Shown one piece after another: positions 63,961 to 64,000 of a DNA stretch of 64,000 nt; position 1 is the stretch's first letter; the number at the start of each line of letters is the position of its first letter. The notes beneath the pieces were generated by a model. It saw only the letters and a list, made by a program, of their open reading frames with translations. It did not search any database and was not told where the DNA came from. A program made the translations under genes and the position numbers. This stretch comes from the human T2T-CHM13v2.0 reference genome, Homo sapiens, in contig CP086569.2 in the NCBI GenBank assembly GCA_009914755.4, positions 2,368,001-2,432,000 of the forward strand, given 5' to 3'.

Positions 63961-64000
63961 TGGGTAAACTGAGGCACTGAGGATTTGGACGGGGGCAGCC

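Overview
This window is human pseudoautosomal region 1 (Xp22.33/Yp11, identical on X and Y). It holds the complete CD99 (MIC2) gene on the + strand. CD99 has 10 coding exons whose splice-joined translation gives the canonical 185-aa CD99 protein. The CpG-island promoter sits at the start of the window, the ATG is at 318, the stop is at 49770-49772 and an AATAAA signal is at about 50246. About 11 kb downstream, also on +, is exon 1 (signal peptide) of the CD99 paralogue XG, with its ATG at 61276. XG exon 2 is not in the window. Every other long ORF in the six-frame track is an artefact of Alu sequence or low-complexity DNA. At least 60 Alu elements make up roughly a quarter of the sequence, and many are young copies with intact target-site duplications. 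Other mobile elements are two MADE1 mariner MITEs that each carry an Alu-derived insertion, a THE1/MST-type MaLR LTR, a tandemly duplicated LTR-like fragment, and two diverged copies of one dispersed repeat flanking the XG 5' region. Simple and tandem repeats are dense: a ~950-bp (CCAT)n minisatellite, CA/TG-rich purine-pyrimidine blocks, a ~750-bp CT-rich polypyrimidine mirror repeat, GT microsatellites, and tandem repeats of 14, 27 and 55 bp. This is ordinary annotated human sequence, not a prokaryotic or novel system. The most notable functional candidate is a GATA motif about 3.9 kb upstream of the XG ATG, at the position expected for the known erythroid XG/CD99 regulatory element.
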